Source: Candidatus Multivoradales bacterium (GTDB lineage: Bacteria; Acidobacteriota; Thermoanaerobaculia; Multivoradales; Multivoraceae). Taken from it: a stretch of 64,000 nt of DNA. The notes under the pieces were generated by a model. The model saw only the letters and a list, made by a program, of their open reading frames with translations, searched no databases and was not told the origin of the DNA. Positions within the stretch are counted from its first letter, which is position 1, and every line of letters starts with the position of its first letter. A program made the position numbers and the translations under genes. Positions 9,703 to 18,875 of this stretch are shown piece after piece. The DNA lies in contig CBDCWI010000001.1 in assembly GCA_965223325.1 (NCBI GenBank), forward strand, positions 352,001 through 416,000, given 5' to 3'.

Positions 9703-10662
9703 ATGCGACATCTCTTCATCATCGACCCGCTCGAGCGCTTGCTGCCAGACGCCGACACCACGATCGTCTTCATGCGGGAAGCGCAGAAGCGCGGCTACGA
9801 AGTCGCCACCTGTGAGGTCACCGACATAGGCCTCGACCGTGGAGTTCCCTACGCCGCCTGCCAGCGCGTTTCCCTGAGAGCCCCCGGCAACGAGCCCTGG
9901 TTTGAAAGAGACGGTGAAAGAACGCGAGCCGTACTTTCTGAATTCGACGCGGTCTGGATGCGCAAAGATCCGCCGTTCGACATGGACTTTTTCTACGTCA
10001 CGCACCTCCTGTCGATGATCGACGGCAAGACTGTCGTCGTCAACGATCCAGCAGCACTGCGTGACGCCAACGAGAAGTTGTTCGCGCTGCGCTTCGCTGA
10101 GTATTGCCCCGACACATTGGTCTCGCGTGACATGGCGGAGATCACTGCCTTTCGCGACAGCCTGGGCGGCGAGTGTGTCGTCAAGCCACTCGACGGCGCC
10201 GGCGGCGAGGGCGTTTTCCACCTCGCCCCTGGTGACCGTAACGTTGGGGCGATTCTCGAAAGCTCGACCGCCCATGGCACGCGCTACCTGATGGCGCAGC
10301 GCTACGTCCCCGAGATCCGCACTGGTGACAAACGCATCATCCTGGTCGAAGGCGAGCCTCTGGGCGCCGTTCTGCGAGTGCCCACCGACGAGGACGCACG
10401 CGCCAACTTTCACGCTGGCGGCGCCGCAGCCAAGACCGAGATCACGGCGCGCGAGCGGGAGATTTCCGCCGCCATGGCACCAATGCTGCGCTCGATGGGA
10501 ATCGTGTTCGCTGGCATCGATGTGATCGGCGACTGGTTGACCGAAGTCAACGTCACCAGCCCGACTGGCATCCGTGAGATTGCCCGTCTCGATGGCGTGC
10601 ACCTCGAAGAGGCCGTCATGGATGCTGTCGAGACCCGGGTCCGCGAGAGGCAACGATCGTAG
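9703..10662 (+). CDS. gshB: Glutathione synthetase
   Basis: MRKDPPFD, ANEKL, KPLDGAGGEG, GDKRI, RANFHAGG, TEVNVTSPTG. Confidence 0.95.
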   Translation: MRHLFIIDPLERLLPDADTTIVFMREAQKRGYEVATCEVTDIGLDRGVPYAACQRVSLRAPGNEPWFERDGERTRAVLSEFDAVWMRKDPPFDMDFFYVTHLLSMIDGKTVVVNDPAALRDANEKLFALRFAEYCPDTLVSRDMAEITAFRDSLGGECVVKPLDGAGGEGVFHLAPGDRNVGAILESSTAHGTRYLMAQRYVPEIRTGDKRIILVEGEPLGAVLRVPTDEDARANFHAGGAAAKTEITAREREISAAMAPMLRSMGIVFAGIDVIGDWLTEVNVTSPTGIREIARLDGVHLEEAVMDAVETRVRERQRS

Positions 10663-10708
10663 GCCGGCGGCTCATCCTGGCTCCCCCTGGCCTGCAGCAG
10701 GCAGCGCG

Positions 10709-11446
10709 ATGAATCGTCGTCGCCTCCAGTGGCTCGGTGTCGCGCTCGCGATCGTGGTGGCTATGGTCGCCTTCACTCGCTTTGGCGGGCCCGAGGCGGT
10801 AAGGGTGCTGCTCGATCGGGTGGCGACCATGGGGCCGGCTGGGCCGGTGCTGTTTGCGCTCTTGCATGCTCTTTCGGTTGTCGTTCTCTTGCCGGGAGCG
10901 GTATTTCCGCTGGCGGCGGGCTTTCTGTTCGGAGTCGGGACCGGATCGGTCGTGGCACTGGCGGGCAAGCTGATCGGCGGTAGCGTTTCGTTCTGGTTGG
11001 CGCGCACGCTCATGCGCCACCGGGCCGAAGAGATGCTGGCCAATCCGGAAACGCGCTTGGCAAGAAGTCTTCGCCGGGTCGACCACCATCTCGCCGACGG
11101 GGGTTGGTTTGCGGTCTTTCTGATTCGCCTGGTGCCGGTGATTCCATACAAGGCGTCCAACTACATCTTCGGCGCCTCGCGGTTCAGCTATCGTCACTTC
11201 CTGCTCGGTACCGCTCTCGGCGCCGCACCGTGGGCGGTGTTCGATGCCTGGGTGGGTTCGCTAGGGCGAAGCGTCGCCGACCTCGACCCGGCGCTCTTGC
11301 CGTCGACACCGGGCCAGTGGATCGCCTGGGGCATCGCAGCGATCGTGATGGCCGCCGCTGCCGTCTTGCTGTTCAGGCGGCTGCGCCAGGTTCTATCCAC
11401 GCCGGTCGGCGACGCCTGGGCCGCCAGGAGAGGCGAGGACGGGTAG
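10709..11446 (+). CDS. TVP38/TMEM64 (DedA/VTT) membrane protein
   Basis: LPG...AAGFLFG, RLVPVIPY...NYIFG, GTALGAAP. Confidence 0.85.
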   Translation: MNRRRLQWLGVALAIVVAMVAFTRFGGPEAVRVLLDRVATMGPAGPVLFALLHALSVVVLLPGAVFPLAAGFLFGVGTGSVVALAGKLIGGSVSFWLARTLMRHRAEEMLANPETRLARSLRRVDHHLADGGWFAVFLIRLVPVIPYKASNYIFGASRFSYRHFLLGTALGAAPWAVFDAWVGSLGRSVADLDPALLPSTPGQWIAWGIAAIVMAAAAVLLFRRLRQVLSTPVGDAWAARRGEDG

Positions 11447-11542
11447 GAGAATCGGCGAGACCGGATCCCGGGGGTGCGCTGGAGGTGGCGTAGGATCACT
11501 CTCCCTCCCTCCCTTCTCTCGACCTTCGTTCAGGAGACCTCG

Positions 11543-12940
11543 GTGGCCAACTCCGCCTCACCCACGTCGCGCTACGACTACGACCTGATCTGCATTGGTG
11601 CCGGTTCGGGAGGTGTGCGCGCATCGCGCTTCGCCGCCTCCTACGGCGCGCGCGTTGCCGTCATCGAAGACGGTCCGCTCGGTGGTACGTGCGTCAACGT
11701 GGGATGCGTTCCCAAGAAGCTCTTCTACTACGCCTCGCGGTTGCATCACGACGCAGGTCTTCTACCCGATTTCGGGTGGGAGGCTTCGCAACCTGCCTTC
11801 GACTGGTCACGGCTGATCCAGAACAAGAACCAGGAAATCGCCCGCCTCAACGGGATCTATCGACGCATTCTCGCGGGCGCAGGGGTCGAGATCATTCTCG
11901 GCCGCGGACATATCGAAGGCCCGAACACCGTCAGCGTCGGCGAAACGACGCTCAGCGCACGCTACATCCTGGTGGCCGTCGGCGGGCGGCCCTGGATGCC
12001 AGACTTTCCAGGAAGCGAGCAGGCGATCGTCTCCGACGCGGCGTTCTATCTCGAAGAGATGCCGGAACGTGCCCTGGTCGTTGGCGGCGGCTACATTGGG
12101 GTCGAGTTTGCCGGGATCTGGAACGGGCTCGGAGCCCAGGTCACTCAGGTCTACCGCGGTGAAATGTTTCTTCGTGGCTTCGATGGCGACGTGAGATCGG
12201 CCCTCGCTCTAGAGATGCAGAACAAGGGCATCGACCTGCGCTTTCACACCGAGGTCACGGCAATCGTCCGCCAGGCCGACGGCTCGCTCCGCGCAACGCT
12301 CAGTTCAAAGGATCGCGACGACGAAGAACTCGACGTCGATCTCGTGCTCTACGCCACCGGTCGCGTCCCGCGCACCGACGACCTGGGGCTCGAAAACACC
12401 GCCGTCCGGGTGGGTGCGCGCGGCTTCATTGAAGTCGACGACCAGCTTTGTACCGCGGAGCCCAGCATCTACGCCATCGGCGACTGCATCGAGCGGCCAT
12501 TCGATCTCACTCCAGTTGCCCTCCACGAAGGCATGGCTGTTGCCGCGACCCTCTTTGATGATCGCCCGACCAGTCCCGAGTACGACAGCATCGCCACCGC
12601 CGTCTTCAGCCAACCACCGATCGGTACCGTGGGTCTGACAGAAGAAGAGGCACGCGAGCGCTTCGGTGCCGACAACATCGAGATCTATCGCAGTCGCTAC
12701 CGCGCCTTGAAGCTGACCTTGGGCGACGATCCCGAGCGCTCGCTGATGAAACTCGTCGTCGACCGCGGGAGTCGTCGCGTTCTAGGAGTGCACGTTCTCG
12801 ACTCCGACGCCGCTGAGATCGTGCAGGGCTTCGCCGTCGCCGTAAAGATGGGGGCCACCAAAGAACAACTCGACGCCACGATCGGCATTCATCCAACATC
12901 GGCGGAAGAGCTCGTGACCCTACGCGACCCGGTCAGCTGA
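11543..12940 (+). CDS. gor: Glutathione-disulfide reductase
   Basis: GAGSGG, GGTCVNVGCVPKK, GGGYIGVE, HPTSAEE; GTG start after AGGAG. Confidence 0.93.
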   Translation: MANSASPTSRYDYDLICIGAGSGGVRASRFAASYGARVAVIEDGPLGGTCVNVGCVPKKLFYYASRLHHDAGLLPDFGWEASQPAFDWSRLIQNKNQEIARLNGIYRRILAGAGVEIILGRGHIEGPNTVSVGETTLSARYILVAVGGRPWMPDFPGSEQAIVSDAAFYLEEMPERALVVGGGYIGVEFAGIWNGLGAQVTQVYRGEMFLRGFDGDVRSALALEMQNKGIDLRFHTEVTAIVRQADGSLRATLSSKDRDDEELDVDLVLYATGRVPRTDDLGLENTAVRVGARGFIEVDDQLCTAEPSIYAIGDCIERPFDLTPVALHEGMAVAATLFDDRPTSPEYDSIATAVFSQPPIGTVGLTEEEARERFGADNIEIYRSRYRALKLTLGDDPERSLMKLVVDRGSRRVLGVHVLDSDAAEIVQGFAVAVKMGATKEQLDATIGIHPTSAEELVTLRDPVS

Positions 12941-13083
12941 GAGTGAGCGCGCTGGGGCCCGCTACACTGTGCGAGCGATTGACTTCGGCCGACCTCCTAC
13001 CGCACTTCTCTCCACGAAATACCGGTCTCTATGAATCACCGGCCGGCGGGTCGCTTGCACAGTGATTCTTTGCGGGAGTTGCC

Positions 13084-15036
13084 ATGAACCGTTCTCCGCT
13101 GATCGTCCTCGGACTTCTTTTCCTCGCCGTCGCTCTATCGGGTGTTTCGGCCGATGACTCGCCGGATCCCTCGAGCTGGACCAGCTATGGCGGCGACACC
13201 TGGAGTACGAAGTACTCTCCGCTCGACCAGATCGATGCGACCAACGTCAAGAAGCTCGAGATCGCCTGGCGTTGGGGCTCGCCAGAAAACGACCTTGTCG
13301 CCAAGGACCCCAAGTACCGCCCAGGGCTTTACGAAGCCACGCCCTTGTTCATCGACGGCGTTCTTTACACGGCGACGTCCCACAGCGGCATCGCGGCGAT
13401 CGACCCAGGGACCGGCAAAACGCTCTGGCATTTCGACTCCCTGAGCCAGGAAGGCGGCAGGCCTCCCAACCTCGGCTTCATCCATCGCGGGGTCTCTTAC
13501 TGGAGTGACGGTGAGGCGACGCGAATCTTCATTGGTACGGGCGACTCGCGATTGATCGCCGTCGATCACGTAACCGGTGAACCGATCGGCGAGTTCGGCA
13601 ACCAGGGAAGCGTGGACTTGAGCAAAGGCTTGCGGCGCCCAATCCCAAGGCGCTACTACGGCTTGAACTCCCCGCCGCTGGTTTGCGGCGATGTCGTGGT
13701 GACCGGTGCGACAATCGCCGACCTCGCCATCAGTCGCAACGCGCCCCCGGGCGATGTGCGGGGCTTCGATGTGCGCACGGGCGAACACCTGTGGACTTTC
13801 CACTCCATTCCGCAGGCCGGCGAGTTCGGCAACGAAACCTGGAAGAACGAGTCGTGGAAGGGCACCGGCAACACCAACGTCTGGAGCCTCATGAGCTGCG
13901 ACGAGGAGCTCGGCTACGTGTACCTCCCGTTCGGAACGCCAACCAGCGACTACTACGGAGGAGAACGTCACGGCGACAACCTCTTCGCCGAGAGCCTGGT
14001 CGCTCTGGACGTTGAAACCGGAGAACGCATCTGGCATTTCCAGGCCGTGCATCACGGAATCTGGGACTACGACTTTCCATGCGCGCCCAACCTCGTCGAC
14101 ATCACGGTCGACGGCGAGAGGATCAAGGCAGTCGCACAGGCGAGCAAGCAGGGGTTCATCTACGTCTTCGATCGCGTCACCGGCGAGCCGGTTTGGCCCA
14201 TCGAAGAGCGCAAAGTCCCTGCGTCTTCGGTTCCGGGCGAGAAGCTGTCGCCAACCCAGCCCTTCCCGACCCGCCCGGCACCTTTCGAACGCCAAGGAGT
14301 GAGGCCCGAAGACCTGATCGACTTCACGCCCGAGTTGGCTGCCGAGGCGCGCAAGATCCTCGCCGAGTTCGACTACGGTGAGCTCTTCGTTCCTCTCGGC
14401 ACAGGGCGACCGACGATGTACCTGCCTGGATGGCTCGGTGGTGCCAACTGGACGGGAGCCGCCGTCGATCCCGAGACCGGTGTTCTCTATGTGCCGTCGA
14501 TCACCAGCCCGATCGCCTTCACATTGACCGAAACCGACTCGAACCGCTCCGCGTTCCGCTATACCGCCACTCCTACTCCGGTTATCGGACCTGACGGCCT
14601 GCCGCTGTTCAAACCGCCTTACGGGCGGATCACCGCGATCGACCTCAACAGCGGCGAGCACCTTTGGATGTCACCGCTTGGCGACGGTCCGCGTGATCAT
14701 CCACGACTGGCCCATCTCGACCTTGGACCGCTGGGCGCTCCACAGCGGGGTGCGCCGCTCGTCACGAAGACTCTCCTGTTCGTGACCCAGGAAGGGACCA
14801 TCGGTGAGATCCGCTTCAGCGAAGACCTGCACGCGGCAGAAGCCGAGACCTTCACATCCGACCCAGGGCTGCGGGTGTTCGACAAGCAGAACGGAAACCT
14901 GTTGACCGAGATCGAACTACCGGCCAACGCGATCGCAGCGCCCATGACCTACCTCCACGAAGGCAAGCAGTACATCGCGGTGTCGATCGGCGGTGGCAGT
15001 CAGCACTCCGAGCTGGTTGCCCTGGCGCTACCTTGA
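13084..15036 (+). CDS. Secreted PQQ-dependent dehydrogenase (glucose/quinate family, no membrane domain)
   Basis: Signal peptide; YSPLDQI, RGVSYW, HHGIWDYD, SPTQPFP, GGANW, KPPYG, PMTY..GKQYI. Confidence 0.9.
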   Translation: MNRSPLIVLGLLFLAVALSGVSADDSPDPSSWTSYGGDTWSTKYSPLDQIDATNVKKLEIAWRWGSPENDLVAKDPKYRPGLYEATPLFIDGVLYTATSHSGIAAIDPGTGKTLWHFDSLSQEGGRPPNLGFIHRGVSYWSDGEATRIFIGTGDSRLIAVDHVTGEPIGEFGNQGSVDLSKGLRRPIPRRYYGLNSPPLVCGDVVVTGATIADLAISRNAPPGDVRGFDVRTGEHLWTFHSIPQAGEFGNETWKNESWKGTGNTNVWSLMSCDEELGYVYLPFGTPTSDYYGGERHGDNLFAESLVALDVETGERIWHFQAVHHGIWDYDFPCAPNLVDITVDGERIKAVAQASKQGFIYVFDRVTGEPVWPIEERKVPASSVPGEKLSPTQPFPTRPAPFERQGVRPEDLIDFTPELAAEARKILAEFDYGELFVPLGTGRPTMYLPGWLGGANWTGAAVDPETGVLYVPSITSPIAFTLTETDSNRSAFRYTATPTPVIGPDGLPLFKPPYGRITAIDLNSGEHLWMSPLGDGPRDHPRLAHLDLGPLGAPQRGAPLVTKTLLFVTQEGTIGEIRFSEDLHAAEAETFTSDPGLRVFDKQNGNLLTEIELPANAIAAPMTYLHEGKQYIAVSIGGGSQHSELVALALP

Positions 15037-15052
15037 AGTGCAGTGGGGGGAG

Positions 15053-15412
15053 CTAGCTGCTCTTCTTGCCTTTGAAAGTGCCTTCGCCGACCTGGCCGTA
15101 GTCGCAGGTGCCCTCCATCTCGTCACCTGAGATCGTGCCCTTGTAGGTCACCGTTCCGGCTTGTGACTCGAAGGAGAACGCGATGGAGTTGCCGTCGACC
15201 GTGCCGGAAACCTCAGCGTCGCCGAGCTGGCCCTGGTAGGTCCCGGTTACCTTGCCGCCATCTTCTTCGGCGAGCTTGAAGGTCGCGTCACCACCCTGGC
15301 CGCCCAGGTCGACCGATAGCACCCAGGTGCCATCGACGTGGTGTGAGGCGATTGCAGCGCCGGCTGCGAACAGTAGGAGAACCGAGAACAGGAGAACGAT
15401 TGCTTTCTTCAT
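15053..15412 (-). CDS. Small secreted beta-rich hypothetical protein
   Basis: MKKAIVLL signal peptide, GAGGAG RBS, Gly/Thr-rich beta strands. Confidence 0.7.
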   Translation of the reverse strand: MKKAIVLLFSVLLLFAAGAAIASHHVDGTWVLSVDLGGQGGDATFKLAEEDGGKVTGTYQGQLGDAEVSGTVDGNSIAFSFESQAGTVTYKGTISGDEMEGTCDYGQVGEGTFKGKKSS

Positions 15413-15654
15413 GGCTTGACTCCTCGAGAGACGACCGGGCGAGATAAGAGCCCAGCAGGGGGTGTTCATGGGAACGCCTAACGAGACTAGCGCAGACCGA
15501 ATCGCGCCCCCGCACCGAACCCTAAACTCCGCAGTCGGGGGGAGTCTCCCAGTGGGCCGACTGGCTGTCTGCGGTGCGAGGGTTGAAACTTGTGGGACTC
15601 TGGGGAGTCTCTACTTCAGTCCCGCTTCCCCCCGGCTGTCCTCAGGGAGTCCCC

Positions 15655-18114
15655 GTGCTGATTCAACGATTCCTGCGTAGTTTCTTTGCCCACCCGGGCT
15701 TTACCGGCGTCGCGATTACTACTCTCGCTCTCGGTCTGGCGGCGGTGCTCACGATCTACTCGCTGGTCGACGGGGTGCTTCTGCGGGCCCTGCCGTATCC
15801 CGAGAGTGATCGGCTGGTCTCGGTCGACCACACGGCACCGGCGCTCAACCTGCCAACGATGGGTTCTTCGCGCGGGCTCTATCTCCACTATCTCGCGACG
15901 ACCACCAGCTTCGACGAGATCGGTCTCTTCGACGGCTACCGCGTGACCCTCACCGGCGAGGGTGAACCGGTGCGCGCCCAGGCCTCGAGCGTTACTCCTT
16001 CGTTCTTCCGCGTCCTGGGGACAACGCCTCGCCTGGGAAGGACCTTCTCGGAGGCGGAGGGGCGCCCCGGATCCAATGCCAACGTCGCCGTGATCGCGCA
16101 TGGGCTCTTCGAGCAGCGTTTCGGTGGCGACCCGACGGTCACTTCGGGCGGCACCATGCAGATCGACGGAGTCACCCATCAGATCATCGGCGTCATGCCT
16201 CAGGGATTCGCCTTTCCGTTCGCCAATACCGACCTCTGGCGAGTACGGCAACTGGACGCTGCCTCTGCTCCGCTGGGCTCGTTCAACGACCAGCTCTTCG
16301 CCCGTCTTCGCGACGGTGTCTCGATCGAACAGGCGCGCGCCGACCTCGAGCAGTCGAGTCACGGCCTCGAGCAGAGCTTTCCTGAAGACAGTGCCGCGCC
16401 GATCCTAGACCGTTCCGGTTTCACCGCCACAATCGAAACGCTCCTCGACCGCACCGTCGGTGACACCAGAGACCTTCTCTGGGTACTCCTGGCAACCGTC
16501 GCCGTGATCCTTCTCATTGCCTGCGCCAATGTCGCCAACCTCTACCTGGTGCGGGTTGAAGAACGCGGGCATGAGCTGGCAGTCCGTGCTGCGCTGGGAG
16601 CCGGCGGCCGACGACTGATCGGTCAACTGATGGCCGAGAGCCTTGCGCTGGCTGGGGTCGCCGGCGTGCTCGCGCTCACCCTGGCGACCCTCGCTCTTCG
16701 TCTCATAAAGTCCTACGGCCCCACCGATCTTCCGCGCATTCACGAAGTCGCGATCGATGCCCGCGTCATGGCGTTCGCAGTTGCCGTTTCACTGTTCGCA
16801 GGCGCCCTCTTTGGCTTGCTCCCCGCTTTGCGCGCCGCCAGGGGACACGGCGCGCGCGCCGCGGTTCTGGCTCTGCGCGAAGGTGGCCGTGGCACCGCCG
16901 GCCGCGAACGCCACCGACTGCGCACTGCTCTGGTCACTGCCCAGGTGGCTCTCGGGCTCCTTCTATTGGTGGGCAGTGGCTTGATGTTTCGGAGTCTGCA
17001 GCAGCTGGCGAATGTCGACCCGGGCTTCGTCGCCGACGACACGCTGACCTTTCAGCTCACCCTGCCCGAATCGAAGTACCCGGAGGGCGAAGAGCGCGTT
17101 CGCTTCGCCGAGACCGTCATCGAGCGCGTCCAGGCCTTGCCGGGAATCGACGCGGTTGCCGTCGGCAGCACGACGCCGATGTCAGGCGTGGGCAACGGCT
17201 CCGGTTATTCAGTGCGCGATCAACCGACAACCGACGACTCCATCCCACCGGTCTTCATGCAGGCACACACCGGCCCCGGCTACCTCGAAACCATCGGCGT
17301 CCGGACGCTCGCCGGCCGCCTCCCCGCCCCCGACGACTACCAGAACCGCCGTGGCAATGTCGTCGTCACCAAGAACCTCGCCGATCGCTTCTGGCCAGAC
17401 ACCAGCGCGCTCGGCAAAGAAATCGCCCCCGGCACACGCGGTGCCGAAGATCGTTGGCTGAAGATCGTAGGCATCGTCGACAATGTCCACCAGTTCGGAA
17501 ACTCTGTGGAGGCGCCGCTACTCGTTTTTCTGCCGCTGCTCGACATTGTCGGCGAGAACCCTCAGGACCTCGGCGGCAACCTGTCGTTCGTCGTCGACTC
17601 ACAACTCGCCAGCGACACGGTTCTGGCGCAGATTCGCAACGAGATCTGGTCGATCGACCCGGAAGTGCCCCTCACTTCGGTACAGACTCTCGAGGACATC
17701 TTGCACGCCGACCGGGCCGAGCGCGCCTTCTCCGTCACCGTCCTTGGCATCGCCTCGGGTCTCGCCTTGCTGCTCGCCGCGCTCGGCCTCTACGGCGTGG
17801 TGTCCTACGTCGTAACGCGCCGCACCCGCGAGCTCGGTGTGCGCATGGCTCTGGGAGCGCAGCAGAGCGACATCGCAACGTTGGTGGTGCGCTCCGGGGT
17901 GACGGTGGCGGTGGCGGGCATCGTCATCGGAACCGTCGTCGCAGTCGGCCTGACCCGCTTCCTCGAATCACTGCTCTTCGAAGTCAACGCCCGCGACCCG
18001 GTGGTCTTCGGCAGCGTCGCGCTCGTTCTGCTGGCGGTCACTTGTATCGCGGTCCTCCTCCCGGCACTGCGCGCTTCGCGCGTCGACCCGATGATCGCCC
18101 TGCGTCACGAATAG
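15655..18114 (+). CDS. ADOP-type duplicated MacB/FtsX ABC permease (orphan)
   Basis: PGFT..AITTLALG...LLRALPYPESDRLV, LLIACANVANL, GLYGVVSYVVTRRTRELGVRMALGA, PALRASRVDPMIALRHE; GTG start after GGGAG. Confidence 0.92.
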   Translation: MLIQRFLRSFFAHPGFTGVAITTLALGLAAVLTIYSLVDGVLLRALPYPESDRLVSVDHTAPALNLPTMGSSRGLYLHYLATTTSFDEIGLFDGYRVTLTGEGEPVRAQASSVTPSFFRVLGTTPRLGRTFSEAEGRPGSNANVAVIAHGLFEQRFGGDPTVTSGGTMQIDGVTHQIIGVMPQGFAFPFANTDLWRVRQLDAASAPLGSFNDQLFARLRDGVSIEQARADLEQSSHGLEQSFPEDSAAPILDRSGFTATIETLLDRTVGDTRDLLWVLLATVAVILLIACANVANLYLVRVEERGHELAVRAALGAGGRRLIGQLMAESLALAGVAGVLALTLATLALRLIKSYGPTDLPRIHEVAIDARVMAFAVAVSLFAGALFGLLPALRAARGHGARAAVLALREGGRGTAGRERHRLRTALVTAQVALGLLLLVGSGLMFRSLQQLANVDPGFVADDTLTFQLTLPESKYPEGEERVRFAETVIERVQALPGIDAVAVGSTTPMSGVGNGSGYSVRDQPTTDDSIPPVFMQAHTGPGYLETIGVRTLAGRLPAPDDYQNRRGNVVVTKNLADRFWPDTSALGKEIAPGTRGAEDRWLKIVGIVDNVHQFGNSVEAPLLVFLPLLDIVGENPQDLGGNLSFVVDSQLASDTVLAQIRNEIWSIDPEVPLTSVQTLEDILHADRAERAFSVTVLGIASGLALLLAALGLYGVVSYVVTRRTRELGVRMALGAQQSDIATLVVRSGVTVAVAGIVIGTVVAVGLTRFLESLLFEVNARDPVVFGSVALVLLAVTCIAVLLPALRASRVDPMIALRHE

Positions 18115-18144
18115 CGACACCACCAGCTTGCTAGCATCGCTCGC

Positions 18145-18726
18145 ATGCCGTTCATCCAGATCACCCCACCCGACGAAGCCACCGGCCTGCTCGCCCGCCT
18201 CTACAAGGCAGCCATCGACCGCGCCGGGCGCGTGTTCAACGTGCTGCAGCTCCAGAGTCCAAGGCCCCATGTTCTGCAGGCATCAACGCGGCTCTATACC
18301 GAGGTCATGCACTCCCCGAGGAGTCCCCTGAGTCGGGCACAACGCGAAATGATCGCGGTCGTCGTCTCACGCGCCAACGACTGCCACTACTGAACGCGTG
18401 CCCACGGCGACGACCTCCGGGCTGAGGTCGAGGACACCCAAGCGGCGAGCGCCCTGACCGCCGCGGTAATGACCGACTACCGCCAGGCGCGACTCAGCGC
18501 TCCCGACCGCGCGATGCTCGACTTCGCGGTCGAGCTGACGCGGCAACCTGCCGCCATCACCGAAGCGGCGATCGCCGAGCTGCGGGAGGCCGGCTGGAGC
18601 GACACGGCGATTCACGACATCGTCCAGGTCACCGCGCTCTTCAACTACTACAACCGCCTCGCCGACGGCCTGGGAATCGACCCGGAGCCCGATTGGGACG
18701 AAAGCCCCGCGGCCCTGAAGAGCTAG
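18145..18726 (+). CDS. AhpD/carboxymuconolactone-decarboxylase-like peroxidase, predicted selenoprotein (Sec at TGA 18391-18393), 193 aa
   Basis: ORFs 18145-18393 and 18469-18726 share one frame with no other stop; read-through gives REMIAVVVSRANDCHY-U-TRAHG...LREAGWSDTAIHDIVQVTALFNYYNRLADGLG, a complete AhpD-like protein. Confidence 0.85.
18394..18440 (+). promoter_or_regulatory. Putative bacterial SECIS element
   Basis: CGACCTC (18411-17), loop CGGGCT, GAGGTCG (18424-30); lower stem GTGCCC/GGACAC; loop starts about 24 nt after UGA with G at loop position 2. Confidence 0.65.
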
Positions 18727-18875
18727 AATCAGGGAGCGACGAGCCGGTCCTCTCCCTCCCCCGGTTCGACCAGGACCCCTATATCCCTTCCACCTCACGA
18801 CGGGACGGGGAAGCGACGGGCTTCGTATGCACTCACGAGGCGAATCCACGCCTCGCGCTCGGAGCTCAGTCCCCC

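Noticed and set aside
18145-18726. Pseudogene or two separate small genes
   Set aside because: The single TGA falls exactly on a catalytic Cys position with an intact frame and a SECIS-like hairpin, so Sec recoding is the simpler explanation.
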